From Escherichia coli (GTDB lineage: Bacteria; Pseudomonadota; Gammaproteobacteria; Enterobacterales; Enterobacteriaceae), in the NCBI RefSeq assembly GCF_003991155.1, contig NZ_CP031293.1: DNA of 64,000 nt; one strand, 5' to 3'. The notes beneath the pieces were generated by a model that was not told where the DNA came from, searched no databases, and worked only from the letters and a program-made list of their open reading frames with translations. The position numbers and the translations under genes were made by a program. Of this stretch, positions 39,020-49,868 are shown piece after piece (position 1 is the first letter of the stretch; every line of letters starts with the position of its first letter).

Positions 39020-39262
39020 ATGGCTATCTATATCGAAATAACAAAACATTATGAAACTCATGAAAAGGTCGCATATTTATATAGCTGCGACCATATTTCA
39101 TGGGGGGAGTTTCTGATCACCAAAGAAAGTTTTGCGCTGGAATCCGTGAAAGAACTTAAGGGTGAAAAGCAGAATTTTTATATGTTCAGAGCCTGGGGCA
39201 AAGTCAGGAAAACATACTTAGCCACGGGAGAATTTCCCCAGGAAACATGTTACGCCGCTTAA
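39020..39262 (+). CDS. hypothetical 80-aa protein (as I recall, not present in K-12)
   Basis: Start moved to MAIYIEITKHYE..., because the track start lies inside the pepD terminator. No family recognised. Confidence 0.35.
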   Translation: MAIYIEITKHYETHEKVAYLYSCDHISWGEFLITKESFALESVKELKGEKQNFYMFRAWGKVRKTYLATGEFPQETCYAA

Positions 39263-39278
39263 AGTCAGAATTATTTTT

Positions 39279-39788
39279 TCATGCATTTACCATTTTGGCA
39301 TTACGCCTGTACCACATGGCAATGGCGGCAACCACTAATGCCAGTTCAAGTAAAAACGACCAGTGTAATAAAAAATTGAGCCACCACGGATGATGTACCG
39401 CCGTAATATGAAAGAGTGCAAAGGGTTGGTTAACGAAAGGCATCAACCACCAGATATCACCGACCAGCGTATCGAGTAATAAATGCACGATACCATTCAG
39501 GCAAAACACCACGCCCAACCACGCCGGAAGTTTATTCTTCGCAATTGCGGCCCAAACTAATGTCGCCGCCAGCAGAGCAAACCATAATAATGGCCAATGA
39601 GACGGGTAAAGATGATGATGGCGTTGCCCGTTATCAACCAGATAGCACCAGAAAAGATCAAAATCGGGCGCAATGGCCCCAACTAAGCCAATAACCATCG
39701 CCCAGCGCGCATGACGAGCAATCAGTGGCAAGCGTTTCACTAAAGTACAAGTTATTAAATAACCAGCCGGAAGATGACCGATAAACAT
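39279..39788 (-). CDS. membrane-bound metal-dependent hydrolase (YdjM/DUF457-like)
   Basis: MFIGHLPAGYLI... with several TM helices and His clusters (QRHHHLYPSHWP, HHPWW). Start uncertain (39788-39842). Sits directly downstream of prfH. Confidence 0.6.
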   Translation of the reverse strand: MFIGHLPAGYLITCTLVKRLPLIARHARWAMVIGLVGAIAPDFDLFWCYLVDNGQRHHHLYPSHWPLLWFALLAATLVWAAIAKNKLPAWLGVVFCLNGIVHLLLDTLVGDIWWLMPFVNQPFALFHITAVHHPWWLNFLLHWSFLLELALVVAAIAMWYRRNAKMVNA

Positions 39789-39849
39789 GACGATTCCTTT
39801 CGTTTTGCCCGCCGCTTTCATATAGAAAACGGCGGGAGACATTCCTCAA

Positions 39850-40464
39850 TTACACAGCAACAAAAGCCATCCCTGTAAATGTCCGTCGCGGGTTGCCACG
39901 TTCAATCTGGTGATGGAACATTCGCCGCTGCGATTTCAGCACCGCGCTATTTTCCTGTTGCTGTTGTTCCAGCTTCCATGCAATCAGCAATCGCGCCAGC
40001 CGCTTGTTAGCATGCTGACTACGCTCTGACTGAACCTTCACGCTAATTCCGGTAGCCAAATGCGTGGCGCGTACCGCCGAGTCGGTTTTATTGACATGTT
40101 GACCGCCCGGCCCCGACGAACGCAGCGTCTCATAACGGATCGCGTCGGATTGCTCCTGCTCATCAGCGGTAAAACGCCCAATGCCCAGAAACCAGTTTTT
40201 GCGCCTATGATGAGGCCGATACGGACTCGGACAAATCCACTGAATAGTGCCGCACCAACTTTCGCTTAATGCCCATGCGTTATCGCCATCCAGAGAAACC
40301 AGCGCTGAACGCAGCGTGTCAGAGTAGCGGCCCGTTTCTGTTTCCAGCACCGTTACCGCGACGTCTTGTCGGGTAGCTTCTTTAATCAGCCTGTCCAGCG
40401 CCTTTTTCACTGCCAGGCAACATTCTTCCGGCCCCTGAGCTGAGGAGAGTTGTAGCAAGATCAT
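39850..40464 (-). CDS. prfH: peptide chain release factor H (full length)
   Basis: 204 aa from [16 protein letters not shown]..., GGQ motif [20 protein letters not shown] overlap with the rtcB2 stop. Confidence 0.85.
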   Translation of the reverse strand: MILLQLSSAQGPEECCLAVKKALDRLIKEATRQDVAVTVLETETGRYSDTLRSALVSLDGDNAWALSESWCGTIQWICPSPYRPHHRRKNWFLGIGRFTADEQEQSDAIRYETLRSSGPGGQHVNKTDSAVRATHLATGISVKVQSERSQHANKRLARLLIAWKLEQQQQENSAVLKSQRRMFHHQIERGNPRRTFTGMAFVAV

Positions 40465-41612
40465 CCTTTTTTCCCTCCACTGTTTTTGAGCGTTAGCACC
40501 GGACGCAGTCGCGCGACAGGAATAATTAACCCAGCCTGCACCAGACATTGCACCACGCTTTCAGCCGATTTATAAGCTTGTGGCGCTTCTTCAAAGATGA
40601 GTTGTTTATCGCGACAAATTACCCGGCTGCCAAGTTCAGTACGTGAGAGCTGCGTCGCTGTGTATTTCGCTGCCAGACGCCCTTTACACTCAGTACGTCC
40701 CCATTTGCGCCCTGCCCCATGCGCCAGCGAGTGGAGCGTTTTTTCGTTCGCAACAGGTTTAACCAGCCAGGAGTAATCGCCGCGTGAACCGGGAATAATC
40801 ACCAGACCGTTGTCATCCGGCGTGGCGCCTTTACGATGCAACCAGCCCTGTTGATCGCCGATTTGGCACGCGCTAACAAAGTTATGCGCCACATCCAGAA
40901 CCGGACTTCCGGTGGCCTTAACTTGTTGCATTATGCGCAAAGCGATCAGCTGGCGATTAATACGCGCAAACGCCAGCGCATCATCATGTTCCACAATATA
41001 ACTTAGCGCGTCGTCACTGCCTTCAGGCAAACCATGATGCGAAAACGAGGCAATATGCCGCTGTAAAATAGACTGGCCCAAACCCCGCGAGCCGCTATGA
41101 ACCAGCAGTTGCAGATGCTGCGCATCCAGACCTGTCAGTGCAAACAGTTCAGCGTCGATAATTTGATCAACTTGTTGCAGTTCTGCGAAGTGGTTTCCGC
41201 CACCGATGGAACCCAGCGAGCTGCGCCACGGATGCTGTGCTAACGCTGACGGCAGGTTTTCCTCCAGCCAGCTTTCTTCAGCAACGTCATCCAGCGCAGA
41301 TAATCGCTTTTCAAACTTATCGGCGTTGTATTTGCGCGCGAAAATATCTGTTTGCCATAGCGCCATACCGCAGCCGATATCATTGCCGACCAGTGCCGGG
41401 TAAAAACGGCCTACGGAGAAGAACGCTGCGCCAATCGGATAGCCGCGTCCGGGGTGTAAATCTGGCATCCCTACTACGCGTTGCATGTCGGGTAAATTTG
41501 CCGTGGTGTGTAATTGTTGGATCGCTAAACTCTCGATCCACAGGTCATCAGATGCGATGGTAAATACCGCATCGGATAAGGGACGAATATATTTGCCCAT
41601 GTACCATTCCAT
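40461..41612 (-). CDS. rtcB2: RtcB-family RNA ligase paired with PrfH
   Basis: 383 aa with RtcB metal/GMP-binding motifs ([31 protein letters not shown]). The start may be MGKYIRP at 41600. Confidence 0.85.
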   Translation of the reverse strand: MEWYMGKYIRPLSDAVFTIASDDLWIESLAIQQLHTTANLPDMQRVVGMPDLHPGRGYPIGAAFFSVGRFYPALVGNDIGCGMALWQTDIFARKYNADKFEKRLSALDDVAEESWLEENLPSALAQHPWRSSLGSIGGGNHFAELQQVDQIIDAELFALTGLDAQHLQLLVHSGSRGLGQSILQRHIASFSHHGLPEGSDDALSYIVEHDDALAFARINRQLIALRIMQQVKATGSPVLDVAHNFVSACQIGDQQGWLHRKGATPDDNGLVIIPGSRGDYSWLVKPVANEKTLHSLAHGAGRKWGRTECKGRLAAKYTATQLSRTELGSRVICRDKQLIFEEAPQAYKSAESVVQCLVQAGLIIPVARLRPVLTLKNSGGKKG

Positions 41613-41790
41613 TTATGAATAAAAATCAGGAAATGGCAGACGAATCCAGGGCAAGAAAAAAAGAATTAATCCTGGAAAGGTCTGCAAAGAGTCATTGATA
41701 AAGGATTTGTCATGATTTACCTCCTTGCAGTTTGTGGAATAAGAAAACGCGCACATACTAGGCGGGCGTTATTTTCTTTGCAAGCTGGAT

Positions 41791-42243
41791 TTAATGTTGC
41801 GGTTTATATCGCATATAAAAATTAGTAAACCACGCTCCCCGGCATTCAACGCGCTGCTGCTTAACTGTCTGAAAACCATAACGTTCAAAAAAGGGTTTTG
41901 CGGTTATGCTGGCATCTACCGTTAGTTCGGATTCAGACTTAATCAAAGGTTTTAACAAAGCGCTGGCAACCCCACGGCGGGTGTATTCAGGGTCAACAAA
42001 TAACATATCGATATAGTGTTCAACGCAGGTAATAAAGCCGACCAGTTTTGCATTAATGACTGCAACCCGCACTTGTGATTTCGCGAGTTTCTCCTTCCAG
42101 CGAGATTCGTCAATCTGCGCCCAGGCGGCAATTTGTTGTGGTGAATAATGCTGACTGGCGGTCATCGTAACCGCTCTAAGGAAAATAGCGCATAGTTGCT
42201 GAAAATCGCCAGGCTGATAGTTTCTTATTTGTATGTTATTCAT
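41791..42243 (-). CDS. yafP: GNAT acetyltransferase YafP
   Basis: 150 aa, [17 protein letters not shown]... Its ATG overlaps the dinB TGA (ATGA). Confidence 0.85.
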   Translation of the reverse strand: MNNIQIRNYQPGDFQQLCAIFLRAVTMTASQHYSPQQIAAWAQIDESRWKEKLAKSQVRVAVINAKLVGFITCVEHYIDMLFVDPEYTRRGVASALLKPLIKSESELTVDASITAKPFFERYGFQTVKQQRVECRGAWFTNFYMRYKPQH

Positions 42244-43295
42244 AATCCCAGCACCAGTTGTCTTTCCATTTGAGGGTCAAGTAACGTCACATGCAGCCCC
42301 ACCAGACGCACACCGCGCCCGCCACGGCGTTCATTCCAGGTTTTACGCGCGGTGGCGATTAAGTCAGCTTTATTCAGCCGCGGCCAGACGTGCTCCTGAG
42401 TGGTTTGCTGAAAATCATCAAACTTTAATTTCACCCCCTGGCGAGCAATCAGTAAATCAGGTTTTACCTTTGCCAGACGGCGTTCAAGTTCAGGATACAG
42501 CCGCTCAATAATCGCTTCACATTCAGACCAGTGATGAATATCTTCCGCCATCGTGCGTTCCACGCCGACGGATTTTCGCAACCGTTCGCTGTTAACGTCG
42601 CGCTCGTCAATCCCCTGACTACGCTCCCACAAAATGCGTCCAAATTTGCCAAAACGTTTGAGCAGAGTCACCAGATCACACTTTTGCACATCACCGCAGG
42701 TCCGCAGCCCCATCGCTTCCAGTTTTGCCGCCGAGACTTTGCCGACGCCGGGAATTTTTGCCAGCGGTAAGGTTTGCAGAAATGCCGGAACTTCTGCCGG
42801 CGTAATCACAAACTGACCGTTGGGTTTATTCATGTCGGAAGCAATTTTGGCGAGAAACTTTACCGGCGCAACGCCCGCAGATGCCGTCAGTTGCAGCTCG
42901 TTAAAGATCGTCTGGCGGATTTCCTGGGCGATGAGGGTCGCGGAGCCGTGGCAATGCACACTATCGGTGACGTCGAGATAGGCTTCATCCAGTGATAACG
43001 GTTCAATGCGCGAGGTATAGCGCGAGAAAATTTCGCGGATATGATTTGAGGCTTCTTTGTAGGCGTCAAAGCGCCCTGGAAGCAGCGTGAGATGTGGGCA
43101 TAATTTGAGCGCCATCCCTGTCGGCATAGCGCTGCGTACGCCAAATTTACGCGCGGGATAATTGGCGGTGCTGATCACCCCCCGACGTTCGCGGCTGCCG
43201 CCAATAGCAATAGGGATATCGCGCAGGGCAGGATTGTCGCGCATCTCCACCGCTGCGAAAAAGCAGTCCATATCCACATGAATGATTTTACGCAT
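42240..43295 (-). CDS. dinB: DNA polymerase IV
   Basis: 351 aa, [33 protein letters not shown]... Confidence 0.95.
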   Translation of the reverse strand: MRKIIHVDMDCFFAAVEMRDNPALRDIPIAIGGSRERRGVISTANYPARKFGVRSAMPTGMALKLCPHLTLLPGRFDAYKEASNHIREIFSRYTSRIEPLSLDEAYLDVTDSVHCHGSATLIAQEIRQTIFNELQLTASAGVAPVKFLAKIASDMNKPNGQFVITPAEVPAFLQTLPLAKIPGVGKVSAAKLEAMGLRTCGDVQKCDLVTLLKRFGKFGRILWERSQGIDERDVNSERLRKSVGVERTMAEDIHHWSECEAIIERLYPELERRLAKVKPDLLIARQGVKLKFDDFQQTTQEHVWPRLNKADLIATARKTWNERRGGRGVRLVGLHVTLLDPQMERQLVLGL

Positions 43296-43311
43296 TGCTC
43301 ACCTCTCAACA

Positions 43312-43327
43312 CTGGTAAAGTATACAG
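43312..43327. promoter_or_regulatory. LexA box of dinB
   Basis: CTGGTAAAGTATACAG (CTG-N10-CAG), 17 bp upstream of the dinB start. Confidence 0.8.
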
Positions 43328-43365
43328 TGATTTCAGGGCTTGAGAAATGCGTAAAGATTCAGCAT

Positions 43366-44127
43366 TTAACGCGTTCGCTGTGAAAGCACCTGCTGCTTAT
43401 CCAGCTTTTGCACCAGCGGCTGCACCACTTTATCCCCATGCTGACCAAAGTATTGATACAGCGTATCGGACGCGCTTTTAGTCAGCACCATAATCTCAAT
43501 GCGCCGGTTGCCCGCGCTTTGCGGATTTTTCGCGTCCAGCAGCATCTGGTCCGCCATTGCGCTCACCTGCATCACTTTATCTTCCGGCATTCCTGCCTCT
43601 TCCAGCACCCGACGAGCCGAAAGCGCGCGGTCACCCGAAAGGTTCCAGTTGTTGTAGATATTGTTTTTGTAGGCCATCGCATCGGTATGCCCGGTAATAA
43701 TAATTTTGTTATCGAGCGAGTCGAACACTGGCGCGAGCTCCACCAGCAGCGTTTTAAAGAACGGCATAATCTGCGCGCTGCCACGTTCGAACATATTGCG
43801 ATTCTGGTCGTCTTTAATCAGCACGCGTAATCCCTGCGGGACAATCTCCATCTCCAGATTCGCTTCCATATGCGCATCACGGGCAATGGTGTTGATACTG
43901 GTTGCCAGCTCACCAAGCTCGGTGGCGGATTTCTTCTTCAGCAGCGCCGTTTTCTCGTTGACGTCGCGCGCTTTTTTCTCCGTTTCTTCCGGCACCGCCA
44001 CGGTGGCAGGTTTTGACGGATGAGACGGGCTGATTTTATTTAACGGCGACAGCCCACCACCGTTAAAAATCGACTGCCCGTGCAGCGCGGCGATAATGCT
44101 TTCACGCTCGGATTTACTGACGCTGTT
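43366..44127 (-). pseudogene. lafU: lafU' (MotB-like, 5'-truncated): Flag-2 remnant
   Basis: OmpA/MotB C-terminal domain (ITGHTD...NWNLSGDRALSARRVL). The N-terminal part of the track ORF is just antisense lfhA sequence. Junction is near 44127. Confidence 0.7.
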
Positions 44128-45835
44128 GACAATCAACTTTATCGTCGTCACCAAAGGGGCCGAGCGTATTTCCGAGGTTTCTGCCCGCTTTACCCTGGAC
44201 GCGATGCCCGGCAAGCAGATGGCGATTGACGCCGATCTTAACGCCGGGTTGATCAATCAGGCGCAGGCGCAGACCCGGCGTAAAGATGTTGCCAGCGAGG
44301 CCGATTTCTACGGCGCGATGGACGGGGCATCGAAGTTTGTGCGCGGGGATGCCATCGCCGGGATGATGATTCTGGCGATCAACCTGATCGGCGGCGTCTG
44401 TATCGGGATCTTCAAATACAACCTGAGCGCCGACGCCGCCTTCCAGCAGTATGTGCTGATGACCATCGGCGACGGGCTGGTGGCGCAGATCCCTTCCCTG
44501 CTGCTCTCCACCGCGGCGGCGATTATCGTCACCCGCGTCAGCGACAACGGCGATATCGCCCATGACGTGCGCCACCAGCTGCTGGCAAGCCCGTCGGTGC
44601 TCTACACCGCCACCGGGATCATGTTTGTGCTGGCGGTGGTGCCGGGGATGCCGCATCTGCCATTTTTGCTGTTCAGCGCCCTGCTTGGCTTTACCGGCTG
44701 GCGGATGAGCAAACGCCCGCAGGCGGCGGAGGCGGAAGAGAAAAGCCTCGAAACACTGACCCGCACCATCACCGAAACCAGCGAGCAACAGGTCAGTTGG
44801 GAAACCATTCCGCTGATCGAGCCTATCAGCTTAAGTCTCGGCTACAAGCTGGTGGCGCTGGTGGACAAAGCGCAGGGGAACCCGCTCACCCAGCGGATTC
44901 GCGGCGTGCGGCAGGTGATATCCGACGGCAACGGCGTGCTGCTACCGGAGATCCGCATTCGGGAAAACTTCCGCCTCAAGCCCAGCCAGTACGCCATTTT
45001 CATCAACGGCATTAAGGCTGATGAAGCGGATATTCCGGCGGATAAACTGATGGCCCTGCCCTCCAGTGAAACCTACGGTGAGATTGACGGCGTGCTGGGG
45101 AACGACCCGGCGTATGGGATGCCGGTCACCTGGATCCAGCCCGCGCAGAAGGCGAAGGCGCTGAATATGGGGTATCAGGTGATCGACAGCGCCAGCGTAA
45201 TTGCCACACATGTGAATAAGATTGTGCGCAGCTATATTCCTGACCTCTTTAACTATGACGATATTACGCAGTTGCATAACCGCCTGTCGTCGATGGCACC
45301 GCGCCTGGCGGAGGATTTGAGCGCGGCGCTCAATTACAGTCAGTTGCTGAAAGTGTACCGGGCGCTGCTGACCGAAGGCGTTTCCCTGCGCGATATCGTC
45401 ACCATCGCCACCGTGCTGGTTGCCAGTAGCGCGGTGACCAAAGATCATATTCTGCTGGCGGCTGATGTGCGCCTGGCGCTGCGGCGCAGCATTACCCATC
45501 CGTTCGTTCGCAAACAGGAGCTGACGGTGTATACGCTGAATAATGAGCTGGAAAATCTGCTGACCAACGTAGTGAATCAGGCGCAACAGGGCGGCAAAGT
45601 GATGCTCGACAGCGTGCCGGTGGACCCGAATATGCTTAACCAGTTCCAGAACACGATGCCGCAGGTGAAGGAGCAGATGAAAGCGGCGGGGAAAGACCCT
45701 GTGCTGCTGGTGCCTCCGCAGTTGCGCCCTTTGCTGGCGCGCTACGCAAGGTTGTTTGCGCCGGGGCTGCATGTGCTGTCGTATAACGAAGTGCCGGACG
45801 AGCTGGAGTTGAAGATTATGGGGGCGTTGATGTAG
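44128..45835 (+). pseudogene. lfhA: lfhA' (FlhA-like, 5'-truncated): Flag-2 remnant
   Basis: FlhA homology starts abruptly at ...INFIVVTKGAERISEVSARFTLDAMPGKQMAIDADLNAG. The N-terminal TM region is missing. Confidence 0.7.
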
Positions 45836-45945
45836 GTATCCGGCATCTGCGCACAACCGCCGGATGCGGCGTGAACGCCTTATCCGGCCTACCGTTCAGG
45901 CACGATTCGTAGGCTAAGCGTAAGCGCATCCGGCATCGGCGCGCA
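45836..45945. repeat. REP/BIME element
   Basis: GCCGGATGCGGCGTGAACGCCTTATCCGGCCTAC plus an inverted partner. Confidence 0.8.
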
Positions 45946-45946
45946 A

Positions 45947-46444
45947 TTATACAATGATACGCTCCCCGGCACTAAAATCCGTTACGTCCCCCGCCCAATC
46001 GATGGGATATAACCCCTTCGCGACATCGCGATGAAACGTTGAGAATGGCCAATCACTCACTTGCTTTACCCAGCCATGTTTTACTGGATTTATATAAATA
46101 TAATCAACATGATGGCGATAGTCTTTGGTATTGCGGATGGCGTGCTCCCAAAAACGCGGTTGCCAGATATTTTGCAATCCACAAGCATGGGTGAACTGTT
46201 TTTTAATCTCCCGCCAGCGAGAGGAAAAATCATCATCGCTTTCGGGTAATGTCCAGATACAGTGCATATGCTCCGGCAAAACTACCCAGGCGTTAATTTC
46301 AAAAGGTCTGGCTCGCTTAACGTTAATAATGACTTTACGGAGCATCTGGAACTGAGCGGTCAGAAGATGGCTTCGACGATTTCGTAGGTTAACCGTGAAA
46401 AACCAGGTTCCCCCTTTGATGTAATAACGACGATATTCAGACAT
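45947..46444 (-). CDS. rayT: REP-associated tyrosine transposase
   Basis: 165 aa, MSEYRRYYIKGGTWFFTVNL...HVDYIYINPVKHG (HUH/Y1 type). Flanked by REPs on both sides. Confidence 0.85.
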   Translation of the reverse strand: MSEYRRYYIKGGTWFFTVNLRNRRSHLLTAQFQMLRKVIINVKRARPFEINAWVVLPEHMHCIWTLPESDDDFSSRWREIKKQFTHACGLQNIWQPRFWEHAIRNTKDYRHHVDYIYINPVKHGWVKQVSDWPFSTFHRDVAKGLYPIDWAGDVTDFSAGERIIV

Positions 46445-46538
46445 GGCGACTCCTTTTTCTCAACGGTAAGAAGAAAAGGAAAGGTCGGCAATGAGGTGAT
46501 GGAATAACGGGAAAGCGGCTCGCATAAACGCACAGATT

Positions 46539-46623
46539 TGTAGGCATGATAAGACGCGCCAGCGTCGCATCAGGCATCGGTGCACAATTGCCGAATCCGG
46601 CGTGAACGCCCTCTCCGTCCTAC
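46539..46623. repeat. REP element pair
   Basis: GTAGGCATGATAAGACGCGCCAGCGTCGCATCAGGC and a second REP that ends over the yafL stop. Confidence 0.75.
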
Positions 46624-47369
46624 AAAATCGTCTCTTCCGTCAAAATCCGCCGCGCGCCTAAAAAATGATCCTGCCAGAAAGGTTCAGCTAACCGGCTTAT
46701 CCGAATGGTTTCGCCGGTACGTGGTGACTCGATAAACTGACCGTCTCCCAGATACACCCCCATATGATCGGCTATCTCGCGGCTGTGAATATGGAAAAAC
46801 AGCAAATCTCCCCGGCGCAGGTCGTTGTTCGCCACAATCGTTGCCCGATGGTAGTGATACATCTCATTGGCTGTGCGCGGGAGCTTCGCCTCAAGGATCT
46901 TGTTGTAGGCATAAAAAACCAACCCGCTACAGTCGAAGCCTTTATCGGGCCGCGTGCCGCCCCAGACATAAGGCTTGCCAAGCTGCTGCTCCAGGCGGTG
47001 AATCGCCACTTCGGTGATGTTATGCAGGTGATCGCTGCTTAAAAAGTGGTTGTTTTCCGCCAGCGCCTGCCAGCGTCTGTCACTCGCCTTGAGCGGCGCA
47101 GGAAACCATTCTGGATGCTGTTTTATCTGCTCCCGGTTGTGCTGGCGTAGCGCCCTTCTGCTTTCGGCATTGCCTTCCACAATATAGCTGGCCTGTTTTT
47201 TCAGATGGGTTTGGTACTGTTTTAATAAACGCGCACGGTTTTGCATCCGCTGGCGGGCGGCGTAGCTGAAAGAGATATGTGATGTGGTGGCGCTGGCAAA
47301 TGAAGAAAACGGCAAGCAAAGCAACAGTAATCCCGACAACACAAAAGAGGGAATCGACGGCAAAGACAT
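46620..47369 (-). CDS. yafL: NlpC/P60-family lipoprotein YafL
   Basis: 249 aa from MSLPSIPSFVLSGLLLLCLPFSS... NlpC/P60 core GFDCSGLV...H. Confidence 0.8.
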   Translation of the reverse strand: MSLPSIPSFVLSGLLLLCLPFSSFASATTSHISFSYAARQRMQNRARLLKQYQTHLKKQASYIVEGNAESRRALRQHNREQIKQHPEWFPAPLKASDRRWQALAENNHFLSSDHLHNITEVAIHRLEQQLGKPYVWGGTRPDKGFDCSGLVFYAYNKILEAKLPRTANEMYHYHRATIVANNDLRRGDLLFFHIHSREIADHMGVYLGDGQFIESPRTGETIRISRLAEPFWQDHFLGARRILTEETIL

Positions 47370-47546
47370 TCTCAATAATGGCTGGTCATGCATTGATGTT
47401 GCAGTGTATCCCGGCCCGTACCTGAACAAACTTAATAAACCATTATTATAAAATTAATAAATATATTTCAGTTAATTATGTAAAAACATCCGTTTATTAA
47501 ATTACTCATGGATTGTCGCTGTTGCTCATTTGAGCTACAATTCAAG

Positions 47547-47562
47547 CTGAATAAATATACAG
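47547..47562. promoter_or_regulatory. LexA box in the dinJ-yafQ promoter
   Basis: CTGAATAAATATACAG (CTG-N10-CAG), 17 bp upstream of dinJ. Confidence 0.7.
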
Positions 47563-47578
47563 CACAGGAGATATCCCA

Positions 47579-47839
47579 ATGGCTGCTAACGCGTTTGTTC
47601 GCGCCCGAATCGATGAAGATCTGAAGAATCAGGCGGCGGACGTACTGGCCGGGATGGGGCTGACCATCTCTGACCTGGTTCGCATAACCCTCACAAAGGT
47701 CGCGCGTGAAAAGGCATTGCCGTTTGATTTACGCGAGCCTAATCAATTAACTATTCAATCAATCAAAAACAGCGAAGCTGGCGTTGGTATTCATAAGGCC
47801 AAAGACGCCGATGATTTATTTGATAAATTAGGAATTTAA
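47579..47839 (+). CDS. dinJ: antitoxin DinJ
   Basis: 86 aa, MAANAFVRARIDEDLKNQAADVLAGMGLTISDLVRI... (RHH). Confidence 0.9.
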   Translation: MAANAFVRARIDEDLKNQAADVLAGMGLTISDLVRITLTKVAREKALPFDLREPNQLTIQSIKNSEAGVGIHKAKDADDLFDKLGI

Positions 47840-47841
47840 AT

Positions 47842-48119
47842 ATGATTCAAAGGGATATTGAATACTCGGGACAATTTTCAAAGGATGTAAAACTTGCACA
47901 AAAGCGTCATAAGGATATGAATAAATTGAAATATCTTATGACGCTCTTATCAATAATACTTTACTGCTTCCAGCTGTTTATAAAGACCACCCGCTGCAAG
48001 GTTCATGGAAAGGTTATCGCGATGCTCATGTCGAACCGGACTGGATCCTGATTTACAAACTTACCGATAAACTTTTACGATTTGAGAGAACTGGAACTCA
48101 CGCGGCGCTATTTGGGTAA
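47842..48119 (+). pseudogene. yafQ: yafQ toxin gene with a -1 frameshift
   Basis: Codons 1-36 read MIQRDIEYSGQFSKDVKLAQKRHKDMNKLKYLMTLL. The YafQ continuation INNTL...YKDHPLQGSWKGYRDAHVEPDWILIYK...HAALFG* is in the +1 frame from about 47950. The in-frame product stops early at 48051. Confidence 0.7.
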
Positions 48120-48274
48120 AGCCCGCTGCCGATGAAATTTGTAAACCCTGCGCCGACAGGCTTGCGTAAAACTCTTTTGGTGATAATGTGAGCCTTCCAA
48201 ATCCAGACTATTCCGATTTGGGATCCATTTTGCCGTCCTGGCGTGTGTAACCGTTTTATCAAGGAATAAGCAGT

Positions 48275-49015
48275 ATGCGTAAAATCGCATTAATTCTTGC
48301 GATGTTGTTGATCCCGTGCGTTTCGTTTGCCGGTTTGCTGGGCAGCAGTAGCTCGACCACGCCAGTGAGCAAAGAGTATAAGCAGCAGTTGATGGGATCC
48401 CCTGTCTACATCCAGATCTTCAAGGAAGAACGTACGCTCGATCTCTACGTCAAAATGGGCGAGCAATATCAACTGCTCGACAGCTATAAAATCTGTAAAT
48501 ATTCCGGCGGCTTAGGGCCAAAACAGCGTCAGGGCGATTTCAAAAGCCCGGAAGGGTTTTATAGCGTCCAGCGTAATCAGTTAAAACCAGACAGCCGTTA
48601 CTACAAAGCGATTAATATTGGATTCCCCAATGCCTATGACCGTGCGCATGGTTATGAAGGGAAATATCTGATGATCCACGGCGATTGTGTTTCCATCGGC
48701 TGCTACGCGATGACCAATCAGGGTATTGATGAGATCTTCCAGTTCGTTACTGGTGCGCTGGTGTTTGGTCAGCCGAGCGTGCAAGTGAGTATTTACCCGT
48801 TCCGCATGACCGACGCCAATATGAAGCGCCATAAATATTCCAACTTTAAGGACTTCTGGGAGCAACTGAAGCCGGGCTACGACTACTTTGAGCAAACCCG
48901 TAAGCCACCGACCGTTTCTGTGGTCAATGGCCGTTACGTGGTCAGCAAGCCGTTAAGCCACGAAGTTGTGCAGCCACAGCTGGCATCAAACTACACGCTC
49001 CCCGAGGCAAAATAA
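48275..49015 (+). CDS. yafK: YkuD-fold periplasmic protein YafK (DpaA/LdtF)
   Basis: 246 aa with a signal peptide. YkuD catalytic region IHG...SIGCYAM. Confidence 0.85.
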   Translation: MRKIALILAMLLIPCVSFAGLLGSSSSTTPVSKEYKQQLMGSPVYIQIFKEERTLDLYVKMGEQYQLLDSYKICKYSGGLGPKQRQGDFKSPEGFYSVQRNQLKPDSRYYKAINIGFPNAYDRAHGYEGKYLMIHGDCVSIGCYAMTNQGIDEIFQFVTGALVFGQPSVQVSIYPFRMTDANMKRHKYSNFKDFWEQLKPGYDYFEQTRKPPTVSVVNGRYVVSKPLSHEVVQPQLASNYTLPEAK

Positions 49016-49753
49016 GCGCCATTCGCCTGGCATAATCTTTTGCCAGGTTTCATTGCCCGTCAGCGGCTGTGTTGCAATCACCGTGACCACATCATTCGGT
49101 GTGGTCTGCGAGCTGAAGTCGATTTCCACATCCTGATCCAGCAACGTTGCCACGCCAAACGGCGCGCGGCGGGTGATCCAGTGTAAATTAGTCGAGCAAT
49201 ACGCCATTACATAGCGTCCGTCAGAAAGCAGCATGTTGAAAACGCCCTTCTGCCGCAGTTCATCCGCCAGTGAGGCGATATATTTAAACACTGCCGCCAT
49301 ATTGCCCGGTGTGCGCGGGTAACGCTGCGTTAATTTATGCAGGAGCCAGCAGAAGGCTTTTTCGCTGTCGGTTTCACCGACCGGGCGGAAGTTGCCGGTT
49401 TCCAGTGATTTGTACCCCGTCAGTTGCCCGTTATGGGCATAAGTCCAGTTACGTCCCCATAACTCGCGGGTAAACGGGTGAGTATTTTCCAGCGCCACCT
49501 CGCCCCGATTGGCCTGGCGAATATGAGCCACAACCGAACAGGATTTTATCGGGTAGTCCTGGACAAGTTTGGCGATGGGGGAATTAAAGCTGGGTTGTGG
49601 ATCTTTAAATGTGCGACAGCCTTTACCTTCGTAAAAGGTGATGCCCCAGCCATCTTTATGTGGCCCGGTTCCACCACCACGCTGTACAAGCCCGGTGAAA
49701 CTAAAGCAGATATCAGTAGGGACGTTGGCGCTCATCCCGAGCAATTCGCACAT
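48986..49753 (-). CDS. yafJ: class II glutamine amidotransferase YafJ
   Basis: 255 aa starting [14 protein letters not shown] (N-terminal Cys nucleophile). Confidence 0.85.
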   Translation of the reverse strand: MCELLGMSANVPTDICFSFTGLVQRGGGTGPHKDGWGITFYEGKGCRTFKDPQPSFNSPIAKLVQDYPIKSCSVVAHIRQANRGEVALENTHPFTRELWGRNWTYAHNGQLTGYKSLETGNFRPVGETDSEKAFCWLLHKLTQRYPRTPGNMAAVFKYIASLADELRQKGVFNMLLSDGRYVMAYCSTNLHWITRRAPFGVATLLDQDVEIDFSSQTTPNDVVTVIATQPLTGNETWQKIMPGEWRLFCLGERVV

Positions 49754-49868
49754 GGGTAACCTCCACAACAGCGGGAGCGCATGGCCCCCGGCGAAGATTG
49801 ATTAAAAAGTACAAAGGTGCAGGCTGTTACCCTCACCCCGGCCCTCTCCCTGAAAGGGAGAAAAGACC

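Noticed and set aside
38136-39020. 294-aa minus-strand ORF
   Set aside because: It is antisense to pepD, which is unambiguous.
44114-45856. 224-aa and 304-aa minus-strand ORFs
   Set aside because: They are antisense to the GC-rich lfhA fragment, with Arg/His/Gln-rich nonsense composition.
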